This document shows, in pieces, positions 37,394 through 48,520 of a stretch of DNA of 64,000 bases; position 1 is the first letter of the stretch; every line of letters starts with the position of its first letter. The notes below the pieces were generated by a model. That model made no database searches. It saw nothing but the letters and a program-made list of their open reading frames with translations, and had not been told where the DNA came from. The position numbers and the translations under genes were made by a program. The DNA is taken from assembly GCA_964016885.1 (NCBI GenBank), contig OZ024742.1:290966001-291030000 (forward strand). Reading direction: 5' to 3'. This stretch comes from Eledone cirrhosa. Taxonomy: Eukaryota.

Positions 37394-39237
37394 TGGGCGA
37401 TCCCTCGAGGCGGGAAACAGAAAACAACAGGTATAAATAGCCTACACCAGACCAGCAAGAGGCGATCGGAGCAGTACACGAAAGAATAGCTATGCAAAAC
37501 ATTCACCTCTAACTACAGGCCCCTGGGGTCTTCAGACTTCTACAAACCTTTACTCTCTCTCTCCTGGTCTACGGACTTCTCACCTTCTCTGGTCACAGAC
37601 TACACCAGCATCATGAAGCAACATCAAAAACATCTTCAACCGTTATAACTCTTAATAACCTATTCTTTGTTCATTTATGAAGTGAAGTGAAGTAAATCTT
37701 TTATATCAAAAGTAAATCAGCTACTCATGTTATTTCTTCTAATGATAACTACTAACCCATTTCGCCCCAATTGGTGACCCCGACATGATCAACATGCAGC
37801 TTTCTCAGATATCTATAATTACCAAGCTTCTCATCTATATGGTACGATTTGATAAAACTTCACTTCTTCAAATTATTCACCAAACTTCGATTCTACGGAA
37901 TATTTACAGTGACTTTGCTTTGGTGCTTCAATTCATTACCAAACACTTCACCATGTGCCACACACCCGTGAAAATTGATTTGTAATCTCCTTCAACAACA
38001 ACAACAGACAACGATAACATTCTTATACCAAAAATATTTAAAAAAAAGAACTCGGACACATAAAGAAAAGAAAACCTGAACTTTTTATAGAGAACAATTA
38101 TATGAATATTTTTCTTTTTATAGGTTATATATGAACGTTCATTTTTATTGTATTATATGCCTGCATGCACATACACGTTTTGCAGCAAACACACATCATT
38201 TCCTTTTTATACACAAACAGTTTGTTACCTATAATGTATGTTCTTGATTGATGTGGGGATTCTGCGAGATCATTTTTCACCTGGTTGAGGTTCGGCAACA
38301 GCTATTGACACATGAAACTCACCCACACTGGGACTCAACTCGCCTGGACCCACTCAGGCAACGCAACTTGAAATTGCACACACTCATGTCATAGCATAAA
38401 CTTCAATCCAGTCACGACTTCCCCCTAACTCACTGGGAAAGTATCATACGTATAATACATCGAGAGAAATAGTCCTCTGTATTAGCATAACATAATCTGC
38501 TACCACAACCCCGAACATTCAGCCAGCCATACACAACAGTTCGAAATACATGATCACAACTCTGTATATTAACAGCTTCTTCTAAATGTTACACACACAC
38601 ATGCATACACAGTTATACGATTTTTTTTCTCTCTCACATTCTTTGCACTCGGAATACGGGCGCAGTACCCACATTATGTGTTTTGGGACACGCTTCTGGA
38701 ATCAGATTTCGCTACCCCTTTTGTAATCGATCACTGCTTCTGCATCGATCTAGGTAGGGAACTAATGTAGCGAAATCTGTCCACTCCTTGAACCCTGGGT
38801 GACACAGAAAGGTCAAATTCCAGGTCACCTCCTTTTCGCCATAAACAAGTTCATGCATGGGCGATCCCTCGAGGCGGGAAACAGAAAACAACAGGTATAA
38901 ATAGCCTGCATCAGACCAAGCAAGGGGAGATCGGATCAGTGCATGAGAGAATAGCTATGCGAAACATTCACCTCTAACTATAGACCCCTGGGTCTACAGA
39001 CTTCTACAAACCTTTACTCTCTCTCTCTCTCCTGGTCTTCGGACTTCTCACCTTCTCTGGCCACAGACTACACCAGCATCATGAAGCAACATCAAAAACA
39101 TCTTCAACTGTTATAACTCTTAGTAACCTATTCTTTGTTCATTTATGAAGTGAAGTGAAGTAAATCTTTTATATCAAAAGTAAACCAGCTATTCGTGTTA
39201 TTTCTTCTAATGATAACTACTAACCAGCTTCACATCA
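37394..39237 (+). mobile_element. Non-autonomous LTR retrotransposon (Gypsy-type, TRIM/LARD-like)
   Basis: ~375-bp direct repeats (37394-37769 and 38858-39237). The 3' LTR begins TGTAGCGAAAT at 38766 after a purine tract. The PBS TGGTGACCCCGACATGAT lies at 37772. The ~1-kb internal region has no intact ORF. Confidence 0.88.
37772..37789 (+). other. Primer-binding site complementary to the tRNA-Trp 3' end
   Basis: TGGTGACCCCGACATGAT matches TGGTGACCCCGACGTGAT (complement of a common animal tRNA-Trp 3' end) at 17/18 positions and lies 2 nt after the LTR CA. Confidence 0.8.
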
Positions 39238-39243
39238 TATATA

Positions 39244-39500
39244 GTGGAGGCACGTGGCCTAGTGGTAAGGGTTTGGGACAATCATAATGTTGTGGGTTCG
39301 ATTCCTGGGTTGCGTGTTGTGTTCTTGAGCAAAACACTTCATTTCACATTGTTCCAGTATACTCAGCTGAAAATGAGTACCAGCAATAGCTGGGGGTTTA
39401 ACCCTGCAATGGACTGGCGTTCTGTCCAGGGGGAAGTCTTGTATTCTCAATTACTTTATGTCATAAAACCGGGATAAGCACCAGCCAAATGAGTTTTCTG
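39244..39500 (+). mobile_element. tRNA-derived SINE
   Basis: A box TGGCCTAGTGG, B box GGTTCGATTCC, core TGTGTTCTTGAGCAAAACACTT. Confidence 0.8.
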
Positions 39501-39839
39501 GCTTAAGACAGACTTTAGACTTAGTATATATATATACATAGAACACCCTATCAATTGTTAGTGTTTCTACCTTCATAGAACATACTTTGTCAAGTCTGTA
39601 AAGTAGTTGTGCTGGTGTCGCAAAAAATGCACTCATTAGTCTATAAAATTAGTCATTTTTGCCAGAAAATTATGAACGTCTGCACCTCTGAAAATGATTG
39701 GAGTAATATGGTTATGGGCTAAACATAAACTTGGAAATTTGTTTATCATACCTCCTAGTTTTATGTTGATAATGAATAATATAAATCAGGATGTAGTCAG
39801 AAATTTTCTACAGGATAATGTCATTTCTATAAACTTCTT

Positions 39840-40190
39840 CATCATCATCATCATCATCATCACCATGGGAAGTTTGTGGGGACAGAGTCCTCAACACTCC
39901 TTCTAGTGGATCCTGTCAGAAACAACTGTCTCCAGCCGATCCGGCTAAATCCCCAAGTGTGACCAGCTAAGCTCATGGATATTATCCAACCATCTTGCTC
40001 TGGGTCTCCTGCCGGTGGGTTTTGCCTGTAAAATCTGTTCAGCGATTCTTTCCTGAGTCATTCTAACCACATGCCCATAGTATCAAAGCTGTGATCTTTC
40101 AATTCAGAGAAGTAGCGACTCTACCTGGAGTGACTCTCTGATCTCTGAGCTACACACTCAATCGAGTACGTTACACCAAAGACCCTTCTG
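39840..40190 (-). mobile_element. RTE-like LINE 3' fragment
   Basis: Minus-strand L*YYGHV-type motif and (GAT)n tail. Confidence 0.55.
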
Positions 40191-40699
40191 TACCAAAAGT
40201 GTTAATTAGAAATACAGCAATTCAATAATAGAATTGTCTAAAAAATGCCTGTAAATGGTGTACAAATGAAGAATGGTAAAGCATGGTAAATGATCTTATT
40301 AAGGCAATTAGTTGCTATACAACTAATGGAAATTATCTCTCTCTCTACTATTGATTCTCGCTCCTCTCCCTCTCTTTCTATCTGTCTGTTTTCTGTCTGT
40401 CTCCCCCTCTCCCTGTCTATCTATCTATCTGTCTGTTTGTCTGCCTCTCTCTCTCTACCTCTCTTTCTGTCTGTCTGTTTTTCTCTATCCTGGAGATGAG
40501 GGTTGTACATTTTTTCGGGGTGTGTACAACCCCTGTGTAACGCCTCCCCCCTATTGGGGATTTCAATTGTTATTTGTTATTTTATTAATAGTTTTATTTT
40601 CATATACCTGTATGTAAACTCTCCATTTGTATTTGTCCCTTTCTTTTGTGCCCTTGTGGCTAATAAAGAAATTTATCTAATTATTTCTCTAAGGGAAAA

Positions 40700-43600
40700 C
40701 TTTTACACACTCTTCTGAGAATCCTAATCTTAAAATGATTAGGATCTCCATGGACACACATAAACAGTTAAAAGAAAGATTTCCTAACGACGTAGGTAAC
40801 TCCTGCATCAAACCCTATAACCGCGTCCTTTTGAAATGTTTCCCAACCCCCACCCCAGACACCCCCTCCCCACCAAACATTTCCGTCCCCACCCCGCCAG
40901 AGACCACCACCCCACCAAACAACCCCTCCAACACCCCCATGGAAATTGTGCAGCCTGGTCCCCAGGAGATGAAGAGGTGATTTCTTTTCCTGTTCTTTTA
41001 ACTTTTCAGCACCAACATGGCCAATATAAGAGTTGGATGTGTGAATGTACGCGGCTTGGGGATGCCCTGGAAACAGGGAAAACTCTTAAACGACCTCAGG
41101 TCGCACAGTATGGATGTAGTAGCCATTTGCGAGTCCAGGATCCACAGCGAGCGACAACTGACCCCCATCTTCGAAGACTTTGAGATCTACGCATCTCTCT
41201 GTCAGCCAGGAGGTGGGGGTGGGGTTGCCGTTTTGCTGCGGAAATACTTGGGCCTCGTAACACAGACGGTACATCTGGACCCGGAGGGTCGACTGGTGGT
41301 ACTAGACGTTGACGGTAGTGAAGGCGGAGCCTTCAGGCTGGTGGCTGCATATGCCCCATCCAGGACACCACGGCCAGACTTCTTCAAACGTCTAGAGACT
41401 TTTCTGGGAACGTCCCGCTCCCTACTGTTAGTGGGGGACTGGAATGGAATCCTAGATGCACGTTGGGGTGGGAGCATGTCCCGATAGAGGGGTGTAACAG
41501 CCTCCAACAGTTAATCGGCCGATTTGACCTGGTGATAAATATCGACTAGATTTTCCGACTGTGCCACTGTGGACGTGGACTAATCGTAGAGAAACATCTA
41601 GATCGTACCTAGATGGGGTTCTAGTTAGAAAGAAGGATAGGGACATGTTAAACTGTCCACAACTGTTCATGGTTGCCTATTCAGATCACAAATTAGTGAT
41701 CTGCTTAGTCAACCTTGACAAAACCCATAGACAGGGACCCGGCTACTGGAAGCTGAACTTGTCGTTACCGACATGCAAAGTCTACAGTAGACGGATTAGC
41801 ACTTTAGTTAAACAGCACTTGACAGGGGCCATTGTCAACAACAGATGGTGGTACTCTCTCAAGAGGGCAGTTAGATTAGACTCATTAGTTTTTAGTAAAG
41901 AATTAGCGTTAGATAGAAATAGAACCGAGAAAGAACTGGTAGATAAAGTAGAAGAGGCAATTAGAAGTGGCAACGTAGCCAGCGTGCTAGCAATGAGAAC
42001 GGCCTTGGACCAGTTCTTCGACGCAAAGCATGAGGGCTGAGTTGTCAGAAGCAAAATACGTGCTCTGGGAAACGAGGGAGCCAAAGCTGTTAGCTGGGCC
42101 CGAGTGACGGAGGCAAAAAGTGGCAACAAGTCCACGATTTGGTCTTTGAAGGACCAAAACGGACGCGTGATACGTGAGCCGAAGCAGATGTGTGCGGCCT
42201 TTCAGCGGCACTTTGCTCAGCTGTTCGGGCAGGGCGGTGCGCCGGGCGGGGCTATGGATTTCGGTCCATACCTCGATGGCCTACCGCGACTCTCGGACAG
42301 CGAGGCAAAGTTCTGCGAAAAGCCGATTTCAGCCGCTGAGATAGGGGATGCGTTGAGCCAATGCGGCAAACGCAAATCTCCAGGTCTCGACGGTCTACCC
42401 TATGAATTTTACGTAGCTATGCCGGACTTATTCTCCGGTCTCCTGGAAGCGGTCTACTGCAACTGGCAACAGAACGGGAGAATTCCCAGTTCTGTGACCA
42501 AGGGCGTAATATCGTTAGTCAGGAAGGACGAGAACAAGGGGGATGACATAGGCAACTTCCGGCCCATAACTCTGCTCAACACAGAGTTACAGCTTTTGGC
42601 CAAGGTGTTGGCAAAGAGGCTGGCGCTTGTCGTCGAAAACCTGGTGGGAGAAGCGCAGACATGCGCAATCCCGACCAGGTCCATACACAACAACCTCCAC
42701 CTCATGCAATACATCATAGAGAGGGTAGGGTGTAAACCCAACTTCGGTGGGGCCCTGATCAACTTGGATCAGTCTAAGGCTTCGATAGGGTTGACCATCG
42801 TTACCTGGATGCGGTGCTCGAGGCGGCAGGCTTTGGACCCGTGTTCAGAGGCTGGATTGCTGCAATGCACAGCAGCAACATCTCAAGGGTCAAGGTGAAC
42901 GGCTACCTCTCGGAGCCGTTCCATATCATGCGATCCATCCGACAGGGATGCCCTCTCTCTTCCCTTCTGTATGTACTGATTCTCGAGCCACTACTGCGGA
43001 AGTTGGAGCTATTGCAGAGCATCCCTTTGGAACTGGGATTGCGAAAAGTGGCGTCGGTCTATGCCGACGACGTGACAGTAATGGTGTCGAGCACCTCGCA
43101 AATCAGGGAGATCGACACCTTACTGGAGGAATACGAAAGGTTCACAGGAGCGAAGCTGAACCGGGACAAATCCGTCGGTTTGCAACTCTGAACGTGGAGA
43201 GGCAAACCGATGCTTTCCGATGGCGTCGTCGGACGCTGGACAGAAAGACCGGTAAAGCTGCTCGGGGTCTGTTTTGGTCCGGACCTCCGAACTGGAATGA
43301 GGTGACTGCCAAGGTGTTTGCGCTCACCCAGAAGTGGGCCGAGTGCAAACTATCCTTGAAAGGTCGAGTGGAGGTGGCGAACACTTTCATAGCGTCCGTC
43401 ATCTACTACCGCTTGACCGTCGTGCCTTGTCCAGCCAAAACGCTCACCAAAATGGAGCCCGCGCTCTTCCAATTCCTTTGGAAGAAACGGGCTCCTTTGG
43501 TGAGAAGATCCATCTGCTGCCAACACCCTTCAAACGGAGGGCTGGGGATGCCGTGGCAGACGATACGCAACCACGCGCTCAGGCTGCGGCACCTCCACGT

Positions 43601-43754
43601 ATTCCTCATCCGACAACCGGTATGGGCCCCGTTCGTGAGGCGAGCCTTCCCACAACTCGTCTCGCTGACCGAGCTGCAGTCCTGGGTCAAGCAAAGACTG
43701 AGGAAAATGGGCGACTGGCACATCGAATGTGCTCAGGCGCTCACAGTCCTCTGA
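40700..43754 (+). mobile_element. Tx1/L1-group LINE: end of ORF1 plus frameshifted ORF2 (APE + RT), 3'-truncated
   Basis: Motifs CVNVRGL, VAICES, GDWN, SYLD, YSDH, GPGYWKLN, KSPGLDGLPYEFY, NFRPITLLN, LDQSKAFD, RQGCPLS, YADD and GGLGMP. GC-richer than the flanks. An AATAAA-ended 3' UTR-like segment lies just upstream (40500-40675). Confidence 0.92.
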
Positions 43755-43845
43755 TCATGATTTGATTAACCCATTCATAACCAGATTTTCATTCAAAGAC
43801 ATTGCCTAGTATTTAATCAAATAATCAAGCATTTGGAGTGATTAA

Positions 43846-44040
43846 ATAATTGTTTCTACTTTTGGCACAAGGCCAGCAATTATCCCAGTGTATTACTGGT
43901 ACTTTATTTTATCGATCCCGTAAGGATGAAAGGCAAAGTTAACCTCGGCAGTATTTGAACTCAGAATGGCAAGGGCCGTAACTCTTTGCTGCAAAGCATG
44001 GTGTCAGACCCTCTACCGATACTGCCATCCACCGCCCACG
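43846..44040 (-). mobile_element. Meta-like SINE nested in a TTAA MITE
   Basis: Family match flanked by duplicated GGAGTGATT(A/T)AATAAT. MITE sequence continues on both sides. Confidence 0.78.
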
Positions 44041-44519
44041 GAGTGATTTAATAATACAACTAACTGGTGTTTGGAACAGGACTTATGAAAATTTCTTACA
44101 TAAAATTATGATGGAAGGTTTTTAGATAAATACTAGACCGTCTGTGACCCAAAGAGGCATGGCTGGTCTAGTAATATATATATAGAGAGAGGGTTATAAT
44201 ATATATATAGAGAGGGTTATAATATATAGAAAGAGGGGGGTTATAATATATAGAGAGAAGGTTATTGGTTATTACGGAGCTATTTATGAAGGTACCCGGA
44301 AAAAGTTCATATCTTGGGAGCCTGTGCTCCAATTTATGCGAAACTTGTTTTATTCCATTTGTATTCCACTCTCAGGGGCAAGTTCCTTTCAAAGTATTTT
44401 CCAATTAGGCACCGTTTTGGCTGTATTACATTACAGACAATCACAGCGTTTTAGTAGTATATATATAGATAAACACTTTAAACTTTTTATTTACCATATT
44501 TCTAATAAAAGAAGCTGTT

Positions 44520-45047
44520 TATGATTTTTAAATAATTTTTTAAATAATAAAAGATTTGGAGAGATTTTGTAATACAATTAACATTCTAATTATTAGTTGG
44601 TGTTTGGAACATAACTTAACAAAGGTTCTTATATAAAATTAGGTGAGAAGGGTTTATATAAATTTATAGTACTATACATGCACCTTTGAGGAGTTGTAGT
44701 GCACCTGAGCACTGTGCACAATAATTTCATTATTATTATTATTATTATTATATACACTTCAAAACAGTGTTAACTAATATAACAAAGGACAGTTTCTGGT
44801 AGTTTATTATCCAAAGGGTTAACCCTTTAACATTTAAACCAGCCGTATCCAGCCAGAATTCTCTCACCACTTTGAATTTTAACCGGCTGTAACCAGCCAC
44901 TCATACTGATGTTAATGTATTGTTCTCAAAATAAATGATTTCAAAATCTCATAGATTCGATATTATCTGAGATAATTATATCAGGTAAAGCCTTTACCAT
45001 GAAAATACAATAGTATATATAGAGTAATGTAAATACTAAAGGATTAA
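44520..45047. mobile_element. Two adjacent piggyBac-like MITEs, with a CR1 tail (44670-44750) inserted
   Basis: AAAGGGTTAACCCTTT junction at ~44813-44828. Homologous to the 17660 and 22297 families. Confidence 0.7.
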
Positions 45048-45407
45048 TGTTGTAAAGATATGAAACACACAAAACACCTGCCCTAGTTACAACACTGCCA
45101 TTCTTGATCAGACTCTACTATGTTGGAAAACAAGAAAAAATAAAAGCAAAAAGAAAAAAATTGACAAAAAAAAAATGTTTGATCAAAGTCTGCAACTAAT
45201 GGATATTGATTCATCTTCATCACCAACATCACCAAACCACCACCACCACCACCACGACAACGACCATCACCACCACCACGACAACGACCACGACCACCAC
45301 CAAAAACATATCCAATCAAAATTTCCTATCCAAAGCGATGGAATTTCTCCAAATCTTCTCATTAGAACTAATCCAATTCTTTGATTTCTTGTTGCCATTA
45401 TTACCAA

Positions 45408-45702
45408 GGCAGTGGATTGGCAGTATCGGTAGAGGGTCGGATGCCATGCTTTGACGCAAAGAGTTACGGCCCTTTCCATTCTGAGTTCAAATCCCGCCGA
45501 GGTTAACTTTGCCTTTCATCCTTACGGGGTCGATAAAATAAAGTACCAGTAATACACTGGCTAATTGCTGGCCTTGTGCCAAAAGTAGAAACAATTATTA
45601 CCAAGGTTAACTTTGCCTTTCATCCTTACGGGATCAATAAAATAAAGTACCAGTAATGTACTGGGTAATTGCTGGCCTTGTGCCAAAAGTAGAAACAATT
45701 AT
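45408..45702 (+). mobile_element. Meta-like SINE plus duplicated 3' half
   Basis: Family consensus match. Confidence 0.83.
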
Positions 45703-45729
45703 TAACGGTAAAGATGAAACATCAACATT

Positions 45730-46032
45730 TACTGGAATATAGTTCACAGACCAATTATATTTACTGGAATATAGTCCACAGACCAATTATATGGTAAATT
45801 TACAGTCTGATTGTATCTGCTGGAATATAGTAAACTTACAGTCTGATTATATCTGTTGGAATATGGTATACTTACAGTTCAATTAGATCTGCTAGAATAT
45901 GGTAAACTTACAGTCTGATTATATCTGCTGGAATATGATAAATTTACAGTTCAATTATGACTGGTGGAATATGGTAAACTTACAATCCAATTATATCTAT
46001 TGGAATATGGTAAACCTATATTCCAATTATAT
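45730..46032. repeat. Minisatellite, ~33-39 bp unit (CTGGAATATGGTAAACTTACAGTCTGATTATATCTG)
   Basis: About 8 imperfect tandem copies. Confidence 0.85.
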
Positions 46033-46349
46033 TTGGTTGCTATGGAGTCATCCAAATCCACAATTTGGGATTGATATAGCTATTACTGCAAATATCAGGA
46101 TAATGATTTCTTTATTAACCACAAAGAGTCCATATAAAGAAAACATCTGTTTGGGATGAAGTAGACCAAGCAAGAACTGGATTGAGATGGTGAGAGCTGA
46201 TCTCAAATCGCGGAGACTCACAGAGGAGATGGTGAAGTAAATATGGCGAGTTGAGAGATGCTGTGTTGAAAAGGACCCATCCAATCCATGTAAGGGTGGA
46301 AAAGCGGACAAAAAATGATGATGATGATGATGATGATGAATTTTGTATT

Positions 46350-48520
46350 TATAGCTGTATAATTTTTTGTTGGGTTTGCTGTTGTTGTTTGGCCCGTTTT
46401 AATGCTAGTGGAGGTGGTGTTGGTGATGGTGTGGGTGGTAGTGCTGAGGTGTTGGTGGTAGTGATGAAATAGTGTTGGTGGTGGTGTGGGTAGTAGTGGT
46501 GGGGTGTTTGTGTTGTGTGCCTTATGGCTTTTACTTTTTTCAGTCCCCTTTCTTTAGGGACGAAGTGAAAAGTTTTTTTTTGTCTTTTGTGAGTGATGAT
46601 TTGCCATCTTCCCTCACCCCAATCTATATCCCTTTTCCTCTCATGCTGTTGTTGCTGTTGTCACTGTTGTTGATGGATGTTTTTCTTGCAGGTTTGGTGT
46701 TATTTGTGCTGCAGCTGCTTGCGTTGTTTGCAGAAGAGGATTTGGTGTTGGAAAGAGAGGGGGCATTTCTTCACTCGTGGTCTGTTGTGAGTAGAAAGCC
46801 TTGGAGTGGGTTTTGTCCCACAAGCCTTAAACTTTGGTTTTTCTGCCTTCCATAGTTATGGGAAGGTGGGTGCCATCTGCAAAGTCTATTATATCAGGGA
46901 TGTCCTTGATAAAGTCTTGGTTCGTTTGGTTGAGTAGCTCCATCTCCGATCCTGACCAGTTTTCTCCTTTGATCTTGAAAACCCCAAATATGGTAATTTC
47001 ATCCTCAGCATTGGCAACGACAAAAGCGCTTAGCCAAGGAATAATTATTGCAAGTGGCACCTGGGTTACCCTGATCTTCACCAATCTCTGGTTATAATAA
47101 GGTGGCACGAGAATAAATTTGTTGCTCCTGAGTGGTGTTAGGGAGGGAAATTTAACCTCCTAAGGTGGGGGTGCTAAACATGACATCCACTAACCCAAAT
47201 CTTTTGCCTCGGGTGATATGAGTTTTGCATGCACACACGCATCCCAAGGGTTTGGGGATTTGGTCCTTGGAAGCCTGTTCCACCCAGTGTAATTTAGCTC
47301 CAATTCTATGTTCTTTTTTTCTGAGAATTTTCTCTAATAATATTTTTTTGTTGTCCTGTGAAGGAAGCAACTGGCTGGTGGGAAATCATTTTTGTGTTGG
47401 TGGTTGTGGCTTCAGTTTATCTTGAAACTGTAACATTGTTTGCTAGCTCACTGGCAGGCTGGCTTGCTATCTGGCAAACCCAGTGGTTGTCTAGTTTGTT
47501 GGTAGGCTAGCTGGTTGAAAAGTTGATTGTTTGATTTTGTTGGTTGTTGTTGTTGCTCATCTTGTCAACGTTATCTTGTTGAGTGGTGGTGGCAGCAACA
47601 GTGTTTACACTGTTGTTATTGCTACTGTTGCAATGAAGAAAAATGCAATGAAGAAAAAGAGAGTGAGACAAAGAGCACTTTTTCTTCTGATGCCATATTT
47701 GTTGTTGTTGTTTGAAGAAAGCTATTGATTCCACTCTAATTGCTCTCTAATTGACTAGAGCAAGTGTCAGCAACAGGTGCATCAACACCTGTTGTTGATG
47801 CTTGCTCTAGTCAACTGTCACTTAACTAATGTACTAATCCAATCTCTGTAGGCTTTACATGTTGAATCCCTGTCTACATGTCCTATCTAGGTTGACTGTG
47901 CAGATCTCAAATTTGTGGTCTGAATAGGTGACCATTAGTAATTGTAGACACCCTATGCTATCCCTATCTGCTAGGCTGATAAAAAAAAAAAACTTTCTAA
48001 ACAGGATATAGATGACTATGCATTTACTCTATGGCCACAGTGGCACATTCAGGAAATCTAGTTGGTACCTGCTAAACAGATGTAACCATTTGATCAGGTT
48101 TTTTTAAAGCTTTTGCACCCCCACCTTCGTCTATCAGCTACTCCCACACAGTCCCTTTCTGCATCCTAGATGTTGTTCCAATCTCCAACTAGCAGTAAAG
48201 GGTGGGATATTCCAAGGAAGGCTTTCAGACATCTGAAGAAATCAAGCATAGATGGACACCAGTCTTAAAGCACCACCTTTGCTATCATTCAGGACTACCA
48301 ACTTATTGTCTGAGATTGGTGGTAGTGCTAGTGGTAGTGGTGGTGGTGGTTGCAGTGTCAAAATTTTCCAATGCTGGGAAATCAATGTTTTCTTTATCAC
48401 TTGTTTCATGTGCTTTGTAGTAGTTATTGTTGTTGTCTTCTGTACTGGTTGAACTTTGACTTTCATTCTGTGGACAACTGGCTGTTCCTTTTTGCGGATT
48501 ATACCTCTTCATCCACTATG
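46350..48520 (-). mobile_element. Rearranged Tx1-like LINE fragments (ORF1 ~46350-47450; endonuclease fragment ~47830-48300)
   Basis: The minus strand has ITRGKRFGLVDVMF and GTHLPITMEGRK (ORF1-like). GGAGATTGGAACAAC and CTAGATTTCCTGAATGTGCCACTGTGG are homologous to 41430-41580. Confidence 0.6.

Noticed and set aside
39244-39320. Possible tRNA gene (also the SINE heads at 45408 and 54302)
   Set aside because: A/B boxes are present but there is no complete cloverleaf, and the sequence continues into a SINE body.
39530-39700. Possible minus-strand exon after a TTTTCAG acceptor
   Set aside because: All frames hit stops quickly and no homology is recognisable.
45078-45117. Candidate minus-strand 40-nt micro-exon (long pyrimidine tract, TAG acceptor, CAG|GT donor; SLIKNGSVVTRA)
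   Set aside because: No partner exons or recognisable protein could be assembled. It may belong to an unannotated or non-coding transcript, but it is unsupported.
45175-45454. His-rich and Thr-rich short ORFs
   Set aside because: Derived from a (CAC/GAC)n trinucleotide repeat. The same applies to 57252-57762.
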